Below are positions 1-8,977 of a stretch of DNA of 17,634 nt, piece after piece. The DNA comes from Myxococcales bacterium (GTDB lineage: Bacteria > Myxococcota_A > UBA9042), in assembly GCA_037441385.1 (NCBI GenBank), contig JBBISH010000124.1:1-17634 (forward strand). The letters run 5' to 3'. The notes under the pieces were generated by a model. It was not told the origin of the DNA. It was given only the letters and a program-made list of their open reading frames with translations, and did no database searches. Positions within the stretch are counted from its first letter, which is position 1. The number at the start of each line of letters is the position of its first letter. Position numbers and translations under genes: made by a program.

Positions 1-154
1 CCGTCTGATTCACGCCTGTACGGCTTCTCTGACCCGGTCTGCAACCGGCGAGAATCAGGCGGGGACCCCGGTTCGAGCCCGAAGAATTGCCCGAGTTTTC
101 GATCCGATTCGGACGGAACTGGTATGAAACCGCAGAGGCGCGAGTCAGGTGGGG
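1..154 (+). repeat. Dispersed structured intergenic element (REP/MITE-like or cis-regulatory RNA), copy 1; may extend left of the window
   Basis: 1..126 aligns to the reverse complement of 11882..12002 (16 mismatches over 121 aligned nt plus one 5-nt indel, hand count). CCGTCTGATTCACGC (1-15) has inverted partners at 48-64 (GCGAGAATCAGGCGGGG) and 138-154 (GCGCGAGTCAGGTGGGG). Confidence 0.85.
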
Positions 155-159
155 TTCGC

Positions 160-1188
160 ATGACCTCGCTCGAGCGCGTGGTGGCCACGTTGCGTCACCA
201 GCCCGCCGATCGAGTTCCGGTGTTCTTGCCGCTGACGATGCATGGGGCAAAGGAGCTTGGACTGGGGCTGCGCGACTACTTTGACACCCCGGCCCATGTG
301 GTAGAGGGCCAACTGCGCCTGCGCCGCAAGTATGGGCACGACTGCCTGTACGCCTTGCGCTTTGCGGCCGCCGATTTTGCGGCGTTTGGCGGCGAAGTCC
401 TGTTTGCCGACGATGGGCCAGCCAATGCGGGCGCACCGGTCATTCGCACGCGGCAAGACATCTTTGCTCTGCAAGTTCCGCGAATCGCCGAAGCGGCCGA
501 GCTGCAAAAGAGTCTGCAGGTGGTCGCCGGCCTGGCCGCGGCGGCGCGCGGCGAAGTCCCGGTGGTGGGCGTCGTCATTGGTGCCTTTTCGCTGCCCATC
601 ATGTTGATGGGTTTTGACGCATACCTGGAGATGCTGCACCGCGACCCCGAAGCGGCCGACCGCCTGCTCGCGGTGACCCAGGCTTTTGCCACCGAGTGGG
701 CCCTGGCTCAGTACGCTGCAGGTGCGACGGCGGTGGTCTACTTTGACCCCATGGCGTCCAGCGACATGTCGTCAAAACCCCTGTACCGCCGCTGGGGAGC
801 GCCAACACTAGAAGCAGTCGCGAAAAAGATGCCTGGACCGATGGCTCTGCACTTAGCGAGCAGCCGCACGCTGCCGCGCTTGAGCGAGTTGACCGACCAC
901 GGCTTTGCGCTGATCAGCACTAGTGGGCTTGACGACTTGAGTGTGGTCCGCCAGCGGTGCCACGGGCACACGCCAGTCATCGGCAACCTGAACGGGATTC
1001 AACTGGCCGGGTTCACACGCCAAGAAACTGAAGCGTACGTGGACGCGGCACTGGACCGCTGGGGCCATGCCGGGGGCCTCATCTTGTCGGATCACCACGG
1101 CGAGTTTCCCCTGCAGGTCCCGGACGAGAACGTGCTCGCCGTTGTCGAGACCGCCCACGCCTGGAGCCAGCGAGCCCATGCTGCGTGA
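160..1188 (+). CDS. Uroporphyrinogen decarboxylase (URO-D) superfamily protein, MtaA/CmuA methylcobamide methyltransferase-like
   Basis: N-terminal MTSLERVVATLRHQPADRVPV motif, G.FSLP.MLMG, FDPMASS, IGNLNG and GGLILSDHHGE match the URO-D/MtaA TIM-barrel family. ATG at 160 is preferred over 124 because 124 lies inside the repeat element. Confidence 0.85.
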   Translation: MTSLERVVATLRHQPADRVPVFLPLTMHGAKELGLGLRDYFDTPAHVVEGQLRLRRKYGHDCLYALRFAAADFAAFGGEVLFADDGPANAGAPVIRTRQDIFALQVPRIAEAAELQKSLQVVAGLAAAARGEVPVVGVVIGAFSLPIMLMGFDAYLEMLHRDPEAADRLLAVTQAFATEWALAQYAAGATAVVYFDPMASSDMSSKPLYRRWGAPTLEAVAKKMPGPMALHLASSRTLPRLSELTDHGFALISTSGLDDLSVVRQRCHGHTPVIGNLNGIQLAGFTRQETEAYVDAALDRWGHAGGLILSDHHGEFPLQVPDENVLAVVETAHAWSQRAHAA

Positions 1189-3034
1189 TCGCGCCGCACT
1201 GGGAGTTCGCTGCTGTCAGCAGCTGCGCCGCGAGGTTGAACGCGCGTTGGCTAGTCTGCACCGTTCGCAAGTGGTCGTAGGGACTTTTGCAGCAGCGTGC
1301 GATGCGATCCACCCCAGTCAGCGTCCCGTGCGCAGCGATCCGCGCAATCCGCCCGCCCGCCAGTGGATTGAAATGTGCATGAACTGCATCCACCGGCCCG
1401 GCGGTGCCCTGCCCAAGAACGTGGCGCGGCAGCTTGGTGTCGAGTGCAACGCCGCCCTGTTCCTGGGTGCCGAGGCCTGCGCGAGCGAGCTGCGGCGCGG
1501 CAGCTACTTGGTCTTGCCCGGCTGGGTGGGCAACTGGCGCGACCAAATCTGCCGCAGTTGGGGCTTTGACGCGCACACCGGGCCGCTGTTCTTCCGCGAA
1601 CATTTTGCGCAAATCGTCGCGCTGGACACTGGGGTGGCGCCGGGCTGGACCACAGAACTAGCGGATATGGCAGAGTTCGTCGGGCTGCCGATCGAAGTTC
1701 GCTTTGTGGGCACCAGCGTGTTGGAAGAGCGATTGGGCCGGGCGATCGAACGCGTGGGCCTTCGCCAAACTGTGGTGGATCTGCAAGCCAAGCTGCGCCG
1801 GTCGTCACAGGTCGCTGCGGACTATGCTGCGGTCAGCGAATTTGTAGGGGGACTGTCCGATCTAGCCAGCGAGCGCCACGTGGTCGAGCAACTGCGTCAG
1901 CTGTGCCATACCTTGATGGCACCTAGCGACCTGTCCTTTGCGAGCGCACCGTACGCGCCCCCCAGCGATGCACCGGAAATGAATCGGAGTTCCGTGGTCG
2001 TGGACGCGGCCAGTGGTCGGCTCGAGATCGCTCTGCGGCACCGTGGGGTCCACCTGGGAACCCTGGCGATGCGCATCGATATGCCGCAATCGACGGGGCT
2101 GGACGCGACCAAGCTCAGCTCGTACGCGCCCATTGCGCGCGTCATCGGCGACGCGGCGGCCATGGCCCTTACCGCCTCGCGCCTGCACAGCCGCGAGCGC
2201 CAGTTGGTGTCGCAATTGCGCGACACCGTGTCTGAACTCGACAGCTTTGTGCACATGGCCTCGCACGACCTGCGGTCGCCCGTCTTGCGGTTGTCGTCGT
2301 TGGCCTCGATGCTCGTCGACCTGAGCGACGGCCAACTGCCAGACGAGACGTTGCACGTGGTCCACCTGATCGAGCGCACGGCTGCGTCGGCGACCCAGCT
2401 GGTCGACGCGCTGCTCAACTTGTCGCGGGCATCCAACCGGCCGCTGCGGCGCGTGACAGTCGAACTCGACGAGGTGGTGGACTCGGCGCTGGAAGCCCTG
2501 AAGCCGATCATAGACGCCCAGCCCACGCACATCACGCGCGACAAGCTGCCCGCGGTGGCGGGCGATGCTACTTTGCTCGCGCACCTCTTTCAGAATCTCT
2601 TGGGCAACGCGCTGAAATACTGCAACAGCGGCGAGCGCGTCATCGCGATCACCTGCGAGCGACGCGGCCGCAACTTGGTGTTCGGGGTCCGCGACAATGG
2701 CATCGGCATTCCAACCGAGAGCCTGTCCGTCATCTTCGAGCCGTTCAAACGGCTCCACGGCGACAGCGTCTACGAGGGGTCGGGCATCGGCCTGGCACTG
2801 TGTCGCAAGGTGGTCACCCGCCACGGCGGTCGGATATGGGCCGAATCCCAAGTTGGCGTGGGCACTCACATACTGTTCACGATTGGCGACCTTTCCGCGG
2901 CCCAACAAGCCACTCCGCAGCCGATGGGCGCCGTGCCGTCGGCCGCCAGTTTGGTGCGCGTCTGGACGCCCAAGCCGCAGCCGGCCCTAGCGGAACCCGC
3001 GCTTACGCCCGCGCAAGTCGGCAAGCCGACCTAA
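1178..3034 (+). CDS. Cytoplasmic sensor histidine kinase with Cys-rich DUF1638-like N-terminal domain, possible GAF-like middle region, HisKA and HATPase_c
   Basis: H-box FVHMASHDLRSP, N-box LFQNLLGNALKY, G1 VRDNGIGI, F-box IFEPFKRLH, G2 GSGIGLALC. The N-terminus (C..L..EV; YLVLPGW..NW; IVALDTG; AEFVGLPIE...G...L) resembles DUF1638. ATG at 1178 overlaps the upstream gene by 11 nt. No obvious TM helix. Confidence 0.85.
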   Translation: MLRDRAALGVRCCQQLRREVERALASLHRSQVVVGTFAAACDAIHPSQRPVRSDPRNPPARQWIEMCMNCIHRPGGALPKNVARQLGVECNAALFLGAEACASELRRGSYLVLPGWVGNWRDQICRSWGFDAHTGPLFFREHFAQIVALDTGVAPGWTTELADMAEFVGLPIEVRFVGTSVLEERLGRAIERVGLRQTVVDLQAKLRRSSQVAADYAAVSEFVGGLSDLASERHVVEQLRQLCHTLMAPSDLSFASAPYAPPSDAPEMNRSSVVVDAASGRLEIALRHRGVHLGTLAMRIDMPQSTGLDATKLSSYAPIARVIGDAAAMALTASRLHSRERQLVSQLRDTVSELDSFVHMASHDLRSPVLRLSSLASMLVDLSDGQLPDETLHVVHLIERTAASATQLVDALLNLSRASNRPLRRVTVELDEVVDSALEALKPIIDAQPTHITRDKLPAVAGDATLLAHLFQNLLGNALKYCNSGERVIAITCERRGRNLVFGVRDNGIGIPTESLSVIFEPFKRLHGDSVYEGSGIGLALCRKVVTRHGGRIWAESQVGVGTHILFTIGDLSAAQQATPQPMGAVPSAASLVRVWTPKPQPALAEPALTPAQVGKPT

Positions 3035-3202
3035 GCGGAGTCGCTGGTCGGGGCCGGTCAGGTCGCCACAGCCCGCCTGGGGCAAGAGTTGGGGGTTGAA
3101 TTGAGCGTCTGCGGGCAAAAGCGGTCAATTCGGTCCTGCGGGATCTGGGGGCATCTGGGCCCAGGATCCGTAACGTCTTCGCGTGCAGCCTCGCATCTGG
3201 CG

Positions 3203-6200
3203 GTGTTGCGGTGCCTAGCCGCGCTTGCGCTGCTGGGGTGGACCGCGGCGGGTTGCGGTTCTTCGACGGAGGCGCCGCCGCACGCAGCCTTGGACGCCCA
3301 GGCAGAGGTCGACACGGCGAAACCACCGGTTGACCAGGCGGCAGCCGAGGACAGCGCGGAGATCGCGGCCGATGCGGCAGGCTTGGACGAGGTTGCGGAC
3401 GCCGTCCCGGACGCGCCTGTCGCAGAGATCGTCGATGCGGCCAACGACGAGGTTGCAGGGGAAGCGGACCAAGCGGACGAGATCGACACCGCAGAAGGTC
3501 CCGAGACGGCGCTGGATTCGCAAGATGACGTGGGGGCGGCCGACACCTCTCTTGTGGACACCGCCGAAGTCGTCGAAGCGAGCGACTGCGCGGCCGCGGG
3601 TGGCCCCACCTACGGGCTGGCAAGTCCCGTCGAGCTCGTGGAAGAGAGCCATTTTGTGGGCGCTTGGCCCATGCTGGCGGTCGACACGGCCGATGGCCTC
3701 CATGCGGTGTGGTACGACGGCCTGTCGAAGAGCTGGGACTACGCGCGCACCACCGCGGGCCAATGGGAGAAAACCACGCTGGAAAGTACCGGCGACGTCG
3801 GCCGGTACGCGGCGCTGGCGATCGGCCCCGGCAATCATGTGCACGCGGTGGCCTATTCGGCGACCGACCAAGACCTGCACTACGCGACCAATGCGAGCGG
3901 CTCCTGGCTCGTGGAGAATGTAACATCCGATTCCGCGAACGATTGTGGACAGTGGGCCCAGATCGCGGTCACAGCAGATGGCACCGCGCACGTCGTGTAC
4001 CTCGACGCGAGCGCGGGGGTGGTTCGCTACCGCAAGCGCAGTCAAGGAACGTGGAGCGCCGCGGTGGCGCTGACTGCCGCTGGCCAGTGGGACAGCTTGG
4101 TCTTGCGCGCGGACACCGCGGGAGCTCTCCACGCCGCTTGGCACAACCTGACGGGCCATTCGCTGGAGTACGGCAAAGCGGCTGCGGGTGGCACTTTTGG
4201 CCCGGCCACGACCGTCGACGCAACTGGCAACAGCGGGGTGGCCGCCACACTCGATTTCGACGCGACCGGGGCGCCGCAACTGGTCTATCTGGATGGCGCG
4301 GCTCACGATCTTCGGCGCGCCTGGCAAGAAGACGGGCTTTGGAAGTCCGGCTTCGTCAAAAGCAACAACGGCGCTCAAACCCCCGATGCGCTGCGCGTTG
4401 GCGCCGTCTTTGACGGACAAGGAGCGCTCCACGCCTGCGTATCAGGTGGCGAGCCGTACGTGATGAGCAGCCGAATGTTCAGCATCGACCAGGGAGGCCT
4501 GCCGTTTGGCGCCGAGAACAGCTACGGAAGTACAGATTATTACATGGCCTGGACGCCCGGCTGGTGCAGCGTAGTGCGGCGCAGCGACGGCACGCTCGTG
4601 CGCGCATCAACCCAATACGACGAGTACGGCAACATCAATGGCTTCTTTCTAGAGATGCGCGACAAAGTCCCAGGATACCGGTCGCTGGACTACTTGTATA
4701 ACAACAATTACATGCTAGTGCCGATCGCAGCGGCCGGGGCTAGCGACGGCACGGTCTACGCAACCTGGTACGACCCGTTGGCGGCGACGGTGCGCTACTC
4801 GTGGCGGGCGCCGGGCGGGCTGTGGCAGCCCAAGCTTGCGCTCGACAACGGCGAAGCCTTGGCCGGTCCTCCTGCGCTGGCAGTGGCGCCCAACGGCCAA
4901 GTGACGGTGGCCTACTACGACTCGGTCGCCGGCAACCTGAAAGTGGTGCAAGGCAGTAAAAGTACGATGAATGCGCCGGTCGTTGTGGACGGCACCAACC
5001 CGGCGGTCGACGTCGGTGGGATCCCGTCCGTCGCGGTGAACGCTGGAGGCACGGTGGCGGTCAGCTACTACGACAAGACCAACAGTGACCTGCGGTTGGC
5101 CATTCAGACCAGTGCGGGCTGGGTCACCCAGACGATCGCCGGCAACGCTCCGGCGGCTGACATCGGCCAGTCGTCGGCGGTGGCCTTTGATGGCGCGGGC
5201 CAGCTGCACGTGGCGGCGCGCAATGCGACCACCCAGTCGCTCGTCTACAGCGCCGGCCCGGTCTCGACCGCGGGCAAATGGACAGGCGGCCCTTGGCAGA
5301 CCCTGGACGCAGAGGGAACAATGGCCGCGCCCACCCGGATCGCAGTGTCGGGCAGCAACGTCTTGGTGGGCCACTGCAACACCCTGAACTACGGGCTCCA
5401 TGTGGTGACGTCGGCGGCCGGCGGCGCGCCTGGAAGTTGGACGACCAGCCTGAGCGCCAGTTCTTCGTTCAACCAGTTTGGCCTGACCATCGATAGCAAG
5501 GGAATTCAACACGTTGCCTTCGCGAACGGCCTAGACCTCCTGCACGCCAGTCGACCGCCGGGCGGCGCGTGGGGGGTGGCCAAGTTGGCAATGCCGGGCA
5601 CGCCGGGCCACGTGGCGCTGGCGATGGGTGGCCCGCAAGACGACTGGCACATCCTGTACCGGACCGTGACCAATCCCGACCTCATCGAAGCCTCGAATAC
5701 GTGGGCAAGTTGGTCGCCTGGCGTCAACGCCTTGGTCGGACACCACGCATTTGGAGCGTCACCGACTGTGGCGGTCGATTCCAAAGGCGTGGCCCTGGTG
5801 GCCTACTATGGCGGATTCCCAAATGGTGTGCGCTTTGCCCGCTACAAAGAAGGCCGGTGGTTTGCCTGGGGCACGAGCTGTTCGGCGGGCGGCGGCACCG
5901 GGGCCAGGATGTTCATGGCGTTCGACGCCAACGACGTCGCGCACTTGGCCTTTACCAGCACCTTGGGCGAGGTCAGCTACGGTCGGCTGACCCCCGCCGG
6001 CGACTGGCAGTGCGAAGTGATTGGCAGCATCAACTTGAACCCGCCGACACCCGCCCTGGCTGTGGCTAGCGACGGTACTGTGCATATTGCCTACCGCGAG
6101 TGGGCGGATGGCGCGCTGCATCACGCGGTTGGGGGCCTTGGCGCATGGAAGAACGAGACCGTGGTCGATGCGGCTGGCGATCCGGCGACCTCGCTGGCGC

Positions 6201-6742
6201 TCGCGCTAGACAACCAAGGCCAACCGCACATCGCCTACCAGACCATGGCAACCAAGACTCTGCGCTACACGGCCAAAGTCGCGGGCGCGTGGCAACCTAA
6301 CCAACTGGTCGAAAGCGGCGATTCTGTGGGTGAATTCCCCACGATGGCGCTCGACGCCGCCGGCAAGGCCCACGTCGCCCATCGCGACGTCAGCACCGGG
6401 CAGCTCCACTACGCCAGCAACGCCACCGGCAGCTGGACCACCGCTGCCCTTTCGCCCGCCGCGAGCCAGGCCAGCTTCCCGTCGTTGTTGGTCACCCAAG
6501 CCGGCGCCGTCCACGTGGCCTATGTAGGCACCGCGAATCACGATCTGTGGTTGGTCAGCAAGAATGCGGGCGGGTGGGCGGCGCCGACGCCGATCGCCGG
6601 TGGGCCCCAGGTCAACGGCTGGCTGGCGCTGCGGCAGGGCCCCGGGCAGCAACTGGCCCTGGTATTCAGTAGTGGGCCCGGCCCCGTGGAAGGGGCCATT
6701 CATATGGCGCGACTGCTGCCCAAGATCGGTGGCTGCGACTGA
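3203..6742 (+). CDS. Large secreted lipoprotein with acidic linker and ~50-aa repeats (multi beta-propeller-like)
   Basis: Long ORF (track start 3089). Hydrophobic signal plus lipobox TAAG-C follows the GTG at 3203 (start uncertain). A ~110-aa D/E/A-rich linker precedes recurring 'LA(V/L)DxxGxxH(I/V)AY.D.....L.YA......W' units. Confidence 0.75.
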   Translation: MLRCLAALALLGWTAAGCGSSTEAPPHAALDAQAEVDTAKPPVDQAAAEDSAEIAADAAGLDEVADAVPDAPVAEIVDAANDEVAGEADQADEIDTAEGPETALDSQDDVGAADTSLVDTAEVVEASDCAAAGGPTYGLASPVELVEESHFVGAWPMLAVDTADGLHAVWYDGLSKSWDYARTTAGQWEKTTLESTGDVGRYAALAIGPGNHVHAVAYSATDQDLHYATNASGSWLVENVTSDSANDCGQWAQIAVTADGTAHVVYLDASAGVVRYRKRSQGTWSAAVALTAAGQWDSLVLRADTAGALHAAWHNLTGHSLEYGKAAAGGTFGPATTVDATGNSGVAATLDFDATGAPQLVYLDGAAHDLRRAWQEDGLWKSGFVKSNNGAQTPDALRVGAVFDGQGALHACVSGGEPYVMSSRMFSIDQGGLPFGAENSYGSTDYYMAWTPGWCSVVRRSDGTLVRASTQYDEYGNINGFFLEMRDKVPGYRSLDYLYNNNYMLVPIAAAGASDGTVYATWYDPLAATVRYSWRAPGGLWQPKLALDNGEALAGPPALAVAPNGQVTVAYYDSVAGNLKVVQGSKSTMNAPVVVDGTNPAVDVGGIPSVAVNAGGTVAVSYYDKTNSDLRLAIQTSAGWVTQTIAGNAPAADIGQSSAVAFDGAGQLHVAARNATTQSLVYSAGPVSTAGKWTGGPWQTLDAEGTMAAPTRIAVSGSNVLVGHCNTLNYGLHVVTSAAGGAPGSWTTSLSASSSFNQFGLTIDSKGIQHVAFANGLDLLHASRPPGGAWGVAKLAMPGTPGHVALAMGGPQDDWHILYRTVTNPDLIEASNTWASWSPGVNALVGHHAFGASPTVAVDSKGVALVAYYGGFPNGVRFARYKEGRWFAWGTSCSAGGGTGARMFMAFDANDVAHLAFTSTLGEVSYGRLTPAGDWQCEVIGSINLNPPTPALAVASDGTVHIAYREWADGALHHAVGGLGAWKNETVVDAAGDPATSLALALDNQGQPHIAYQTMATKTLRYTAKVAGAWQPNQLVESGDSVGEFPTMALDAAGKAHVAHRDVSTGQLHYASNATGSWTTAALSPAASQASFPSLLVTQAGAVHVAYVGTANHDLWLVSKNAGGWAAPTPIAGGPQVNGWLALRQGPGQQLALVFSSGPGPVEGAIHMARLLPKIGGCD

Positions 6743-6794
6743 GCTGAGCCCAGATCAGCTGCGGCGCGGGCACAGGGTCCTGGGCCGGCTCAGA

Positions 6795-6896
6795 TTCAGG
6801 TGCAGGTGCAGGTTCAGGTTCAGGTTCAGGTTCAGGTTCAGGTTCAGGTGCAGGTTCAGGTTCAGGTTCAGGTTCAGGTTCAGGTTCAGGTTCAGG
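6795..6896. repeat. Hexanucleotide tandem repeat, 17 units (14 TTCAGG + 3 TGCAGG), intergenic
   Basis: Directly visible, with degenerate flanking units CTCAGA and TGGAGG. Confidence 0.97.
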
Positions 6897-6912
6897 TGGA
6901 GGCAGGCGCCGG

Positions 6913-6960
6913 GAAAGGGTGTCAAGTGTCAATACCTGACACCGTCTGGCCCTTTCGTTT
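6913..6960 (+). promoter_or_regulatory. Overlapping inverted repeats (possible terminator, operator or REP-like palindrome)
   Basis: GAAAGGG (6913-6919) / CCCTTTC (6950-6956); GGTGTCA (6918-6924) / TGACACC (6937-6943); direct repeat GTGTCAA x2; followed by GTTTT. Confidence 0.35.
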
Positions 6961-7014
6961 TGTCGCGATGTCGCTAAACTCCGCGCGCACTTTTCGTGCA
7001 TCCCGGAGTTGTTG

Positions 7015-8793
7015 ATGAATAAGACCCGCCTCATCCCCGCCGCAATCGCTGTGGCCCTGTGCGCATCGGTCGCCGCGCCAGCATTCGCCGAATTCGGCTT
7101 CAAGATCGGCGGCTCGATCCCCGGCTTCGATCCCAAGAAGAAGCTGCAAGATATCAACAACGACGTGCAGCGCGGCTTTGACAAGCTGCCACGCAACTTT
7201 GGCGAATCGCCCGAGAACGAGAAGAAGGCGATCGACGAGGCCGAAGCCATCGCCAAGAAGGCCGAGGGCGACATGGGTCCGACCCTCAAGGTCGCTGGCG
7301 ATGCCTACGACACCGTCAAGGGCAACATCGACAAACTCAAGGCGGCGATTGCCCAAAGTCGCTTGCAGCTGGCCTGCTCGGCCGCGCGCGGGGCGATCTT
7401 GGCGCAGCACAAGCAGGGCAAACTCGCTTCCGAGGCCCAGCTCAAGGCCTTGGATGACGCGGCAGCCAAGCTCAACGGCGTGGCGGGCCTAGAGCGCGCG
7501 GCCAGCTTCTGGAAGGACGAAGCGACGCGCCTGCGCCAAGAAAACCCGCAGATCGCCGAGCGCGCCGCCGAATTGCAGCGCAAGGCCCGTCAAAAAGAGC
7601 AAGAGAAGCTTTTGGCCAAGGTCAGCGGCGACGCCAACCGCGCGGTGGCTGCGCTGCACGACTTCTTGAACAAGAACGACGCCCCGGCCGGCGCTGATCT
7701 GCTCGGCAAGCTGCGCGACGCCATCAAGGGCATTCAGTCGGCCAGCCCGCAGGCGGCGAAGTACTACGAGGCACAGCTGCTGTATGCCAACGTGATCAAC
7801 GAGTTGCGCAAGAGCGACGATGCGGGTCCTGGCGTCGCCAAGGTGTTGGGTGGCGAGTCGATCAAGAGCGGCGCGTCGACCGACAAGAGCCTGGAAGTCG
7901 AGTTCGCTGGCAAGCAGGACTGGTGCTACACCGCCTACGCCGAATGGAAGAGCTGGACCGGCGGCGAAAAGCTGGAGAGCATGGAACTGTCGAGCAAGAC
8001 GCACAGCGCCCTGCAGCACTACAGCTGGTGGGCCGAAAAGATGCCCTACCAGCGCGCCATGGGCGTGTGTCTGGTCAAGGCCGCGCCGGTGCGGCTGTCC
8101 GCGTCGCTGGTGTTTGCCGGCAGCAAGAACGGCGTGCGCTACGCGGTGGTCGGCTGGCCGCGCGACAAGCTGCCGATGTCGCAGGTCACGTATGCCGGCG
8201 TGCACGTAGAGGATTCGTGCGACCCGGACCTGTGGCTGTCGATGTGGACCAACCCGGTGCCGGGCTCGGTGCTGTGGATTGGCAACGAGGCGTTCTTGAT
8301 GTCTAGCCCCGATCGCGCCGGCCAGTCGTGGAATACCCTGCGCACTGCAGCGGGCGGCGAGACCCGTGCGCAGAAGAACCAGCTGAGCAGCAAGGCCCCC
8401 AGCAAGGTCGCGTTCAAGAGCCAGTTCAACTTCCGCGGATGCAGCCGCGACCTGAAGTGGGCGCAAACGCCTGAGTCGCAGTCGTTTGCCAAGTGCGCGG
8501 CGGCCATGGACAAGAAATATGGCCCGCAGTACGACCGGCTCGACCTGAAGATCAAGAACCCGTCGTCGCTCAAGGAGTGGGGCGACTCCAAGAAGGCGCT
8601 CGAGCGGCTCAAGGAACAAGAAGGCAAGGAGTGGGAGAGTACTTGCCAGAAGATCGAGAACGGCATCGGCAAGAAGATGGAGGCGACCTTCAACAAGATC
8701 GTCGACACCTACACCGACAAGCCGTATAGCGACCGCTTGGACCGCGCCAGCCAGCTCGCCGACGAGAACGAAGCCGACTTCGACGTGCGCTAG
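7015..8793 (+). CDS. Secreted Lys-rich hypothetical protein (helical/coiled-coil N- and C-terminal regions, central beta-rich region)
   Basis: GGAG at 7005-7008 before ATG 7015; Sec signal [25 protein letters not shown]; very strong GC3 codon bias; no family motif recognised. Confidence 0.8.
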   Translation: MNKTRLIPAAIAVALCASVAAPAFAEFGFKIGGSIPGFDPKKKLQDINNDVQRGFDKLPRNFGESPENEKKAIDEAEAIAKKAEGDMGPTLKVAGDAYDTVKGNIDKLKAAIAQSRLQLACSAARGAILAQHKQGKLASEAQLKALDDAAAKLNGVAGLERAASFWKDEATRLRQENPQIAERAAELQRKARQKEQEKLLAKVSGDANRAVAALHDFLNKNDAPAGADLLGKLRDAIKGIQSASPQAAKYYEAQLLYANVINELRKSDDAGPGVAKVLGGESIKSGASTDKSLEVEFAGKQDWCYTAYAEWKSWTGGEKLESMELSSKTHSALQHYSWWAEKMPYQRAMGVCLVKAAPVRLSASLVFAGSKNGVRYAVVGWPRDKLPMSQVTYAGVHVEDSCDPDLWLSMWTNPVPGSVLWIGNEAFLMSSPDRAGQSWNTLRTAAGGETRAQKNQLSSKAPSKVAFKSQFNFRGCSRDLKWAQTPESQSFAKCAAAMDKKYGPQYDRLDLKIKNPSSLKEWGDSKKALERLKEQEGKEWESTCQKIENGIGKKMEATFNKIVDTYTDKPYSDRLDRASQLADENEADFDVR

Positions 8794-8807
8794 CAGACCA
8801 AGTCGCT

Positions 8808-8963
8808 AGTTCGTTCCGAGTTGCGGCCCCTTGGTGTACTAAGCGGCGCTAGCCGCGGGCGGGGGTCGCACGGGGCGGGTCCAAGAGTGCGCGGCGCGCC
8901 CCCGTTGCTGGCTGACAATGCGAGTACTACAAGCCATTCGAGAATCCTAACCCGGAACGAGCT
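8808..8963. repeat. Inverted-repeat-bounded, multi-hairpin intergenic element (MITE-like or ncRNA)
   Basis: AGTTCGTTCCGAGTT (8808-8822) and AACCCGGAACGAGCT (8949-8963) are 13/15 inverted repeats. Internal stems: TGCGGCCCC/GGGGTCGCA (8822-8830/8862-8870) and GCGGC-GCTA-GCCGC (8843-8856). Confidence 0.5.
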
Positions 8964-8977
8964 TCGGGTTCGTAGCA

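Noticed and set aside
60..90. tRNA-like T-loop motif GGTTCGAGCCC
   Set aside because: No full T-stem, acceptor stem or cloverleaf, and the second copy of the element reads GGTGCGGGCCC, so the motif is not conserved.
1067..1177. Longer start for the histidine kinase
   Set aside because: It overlaps the upstream gene by more than 100 nt with non-domain-like sequence; ATG 1178 gives typical translational coupling.
160..1188. Calling the gene hemE
   Set aside because: It lacks the HemE W.MRQAGR signature and heme-pathway context; it fits the methyltransferase-like branch better.
6795..6896. CRISPR array or telomere-like repeat
   Set aside because: Contiguous 6-mers with no spacers and no cas genes; the tract is internal and differs from TTAGGG.
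6666..7289. Minus-strand (PE)n ORF, and the (QV)n and (RF)n ORFs across the hexamer repeat
   Set aside because: The repeat contains no stop codons, so these frames are open trivially. The (PE)n and (RF)n ORFs overlap better-supported genes, and none has a clear RBS.
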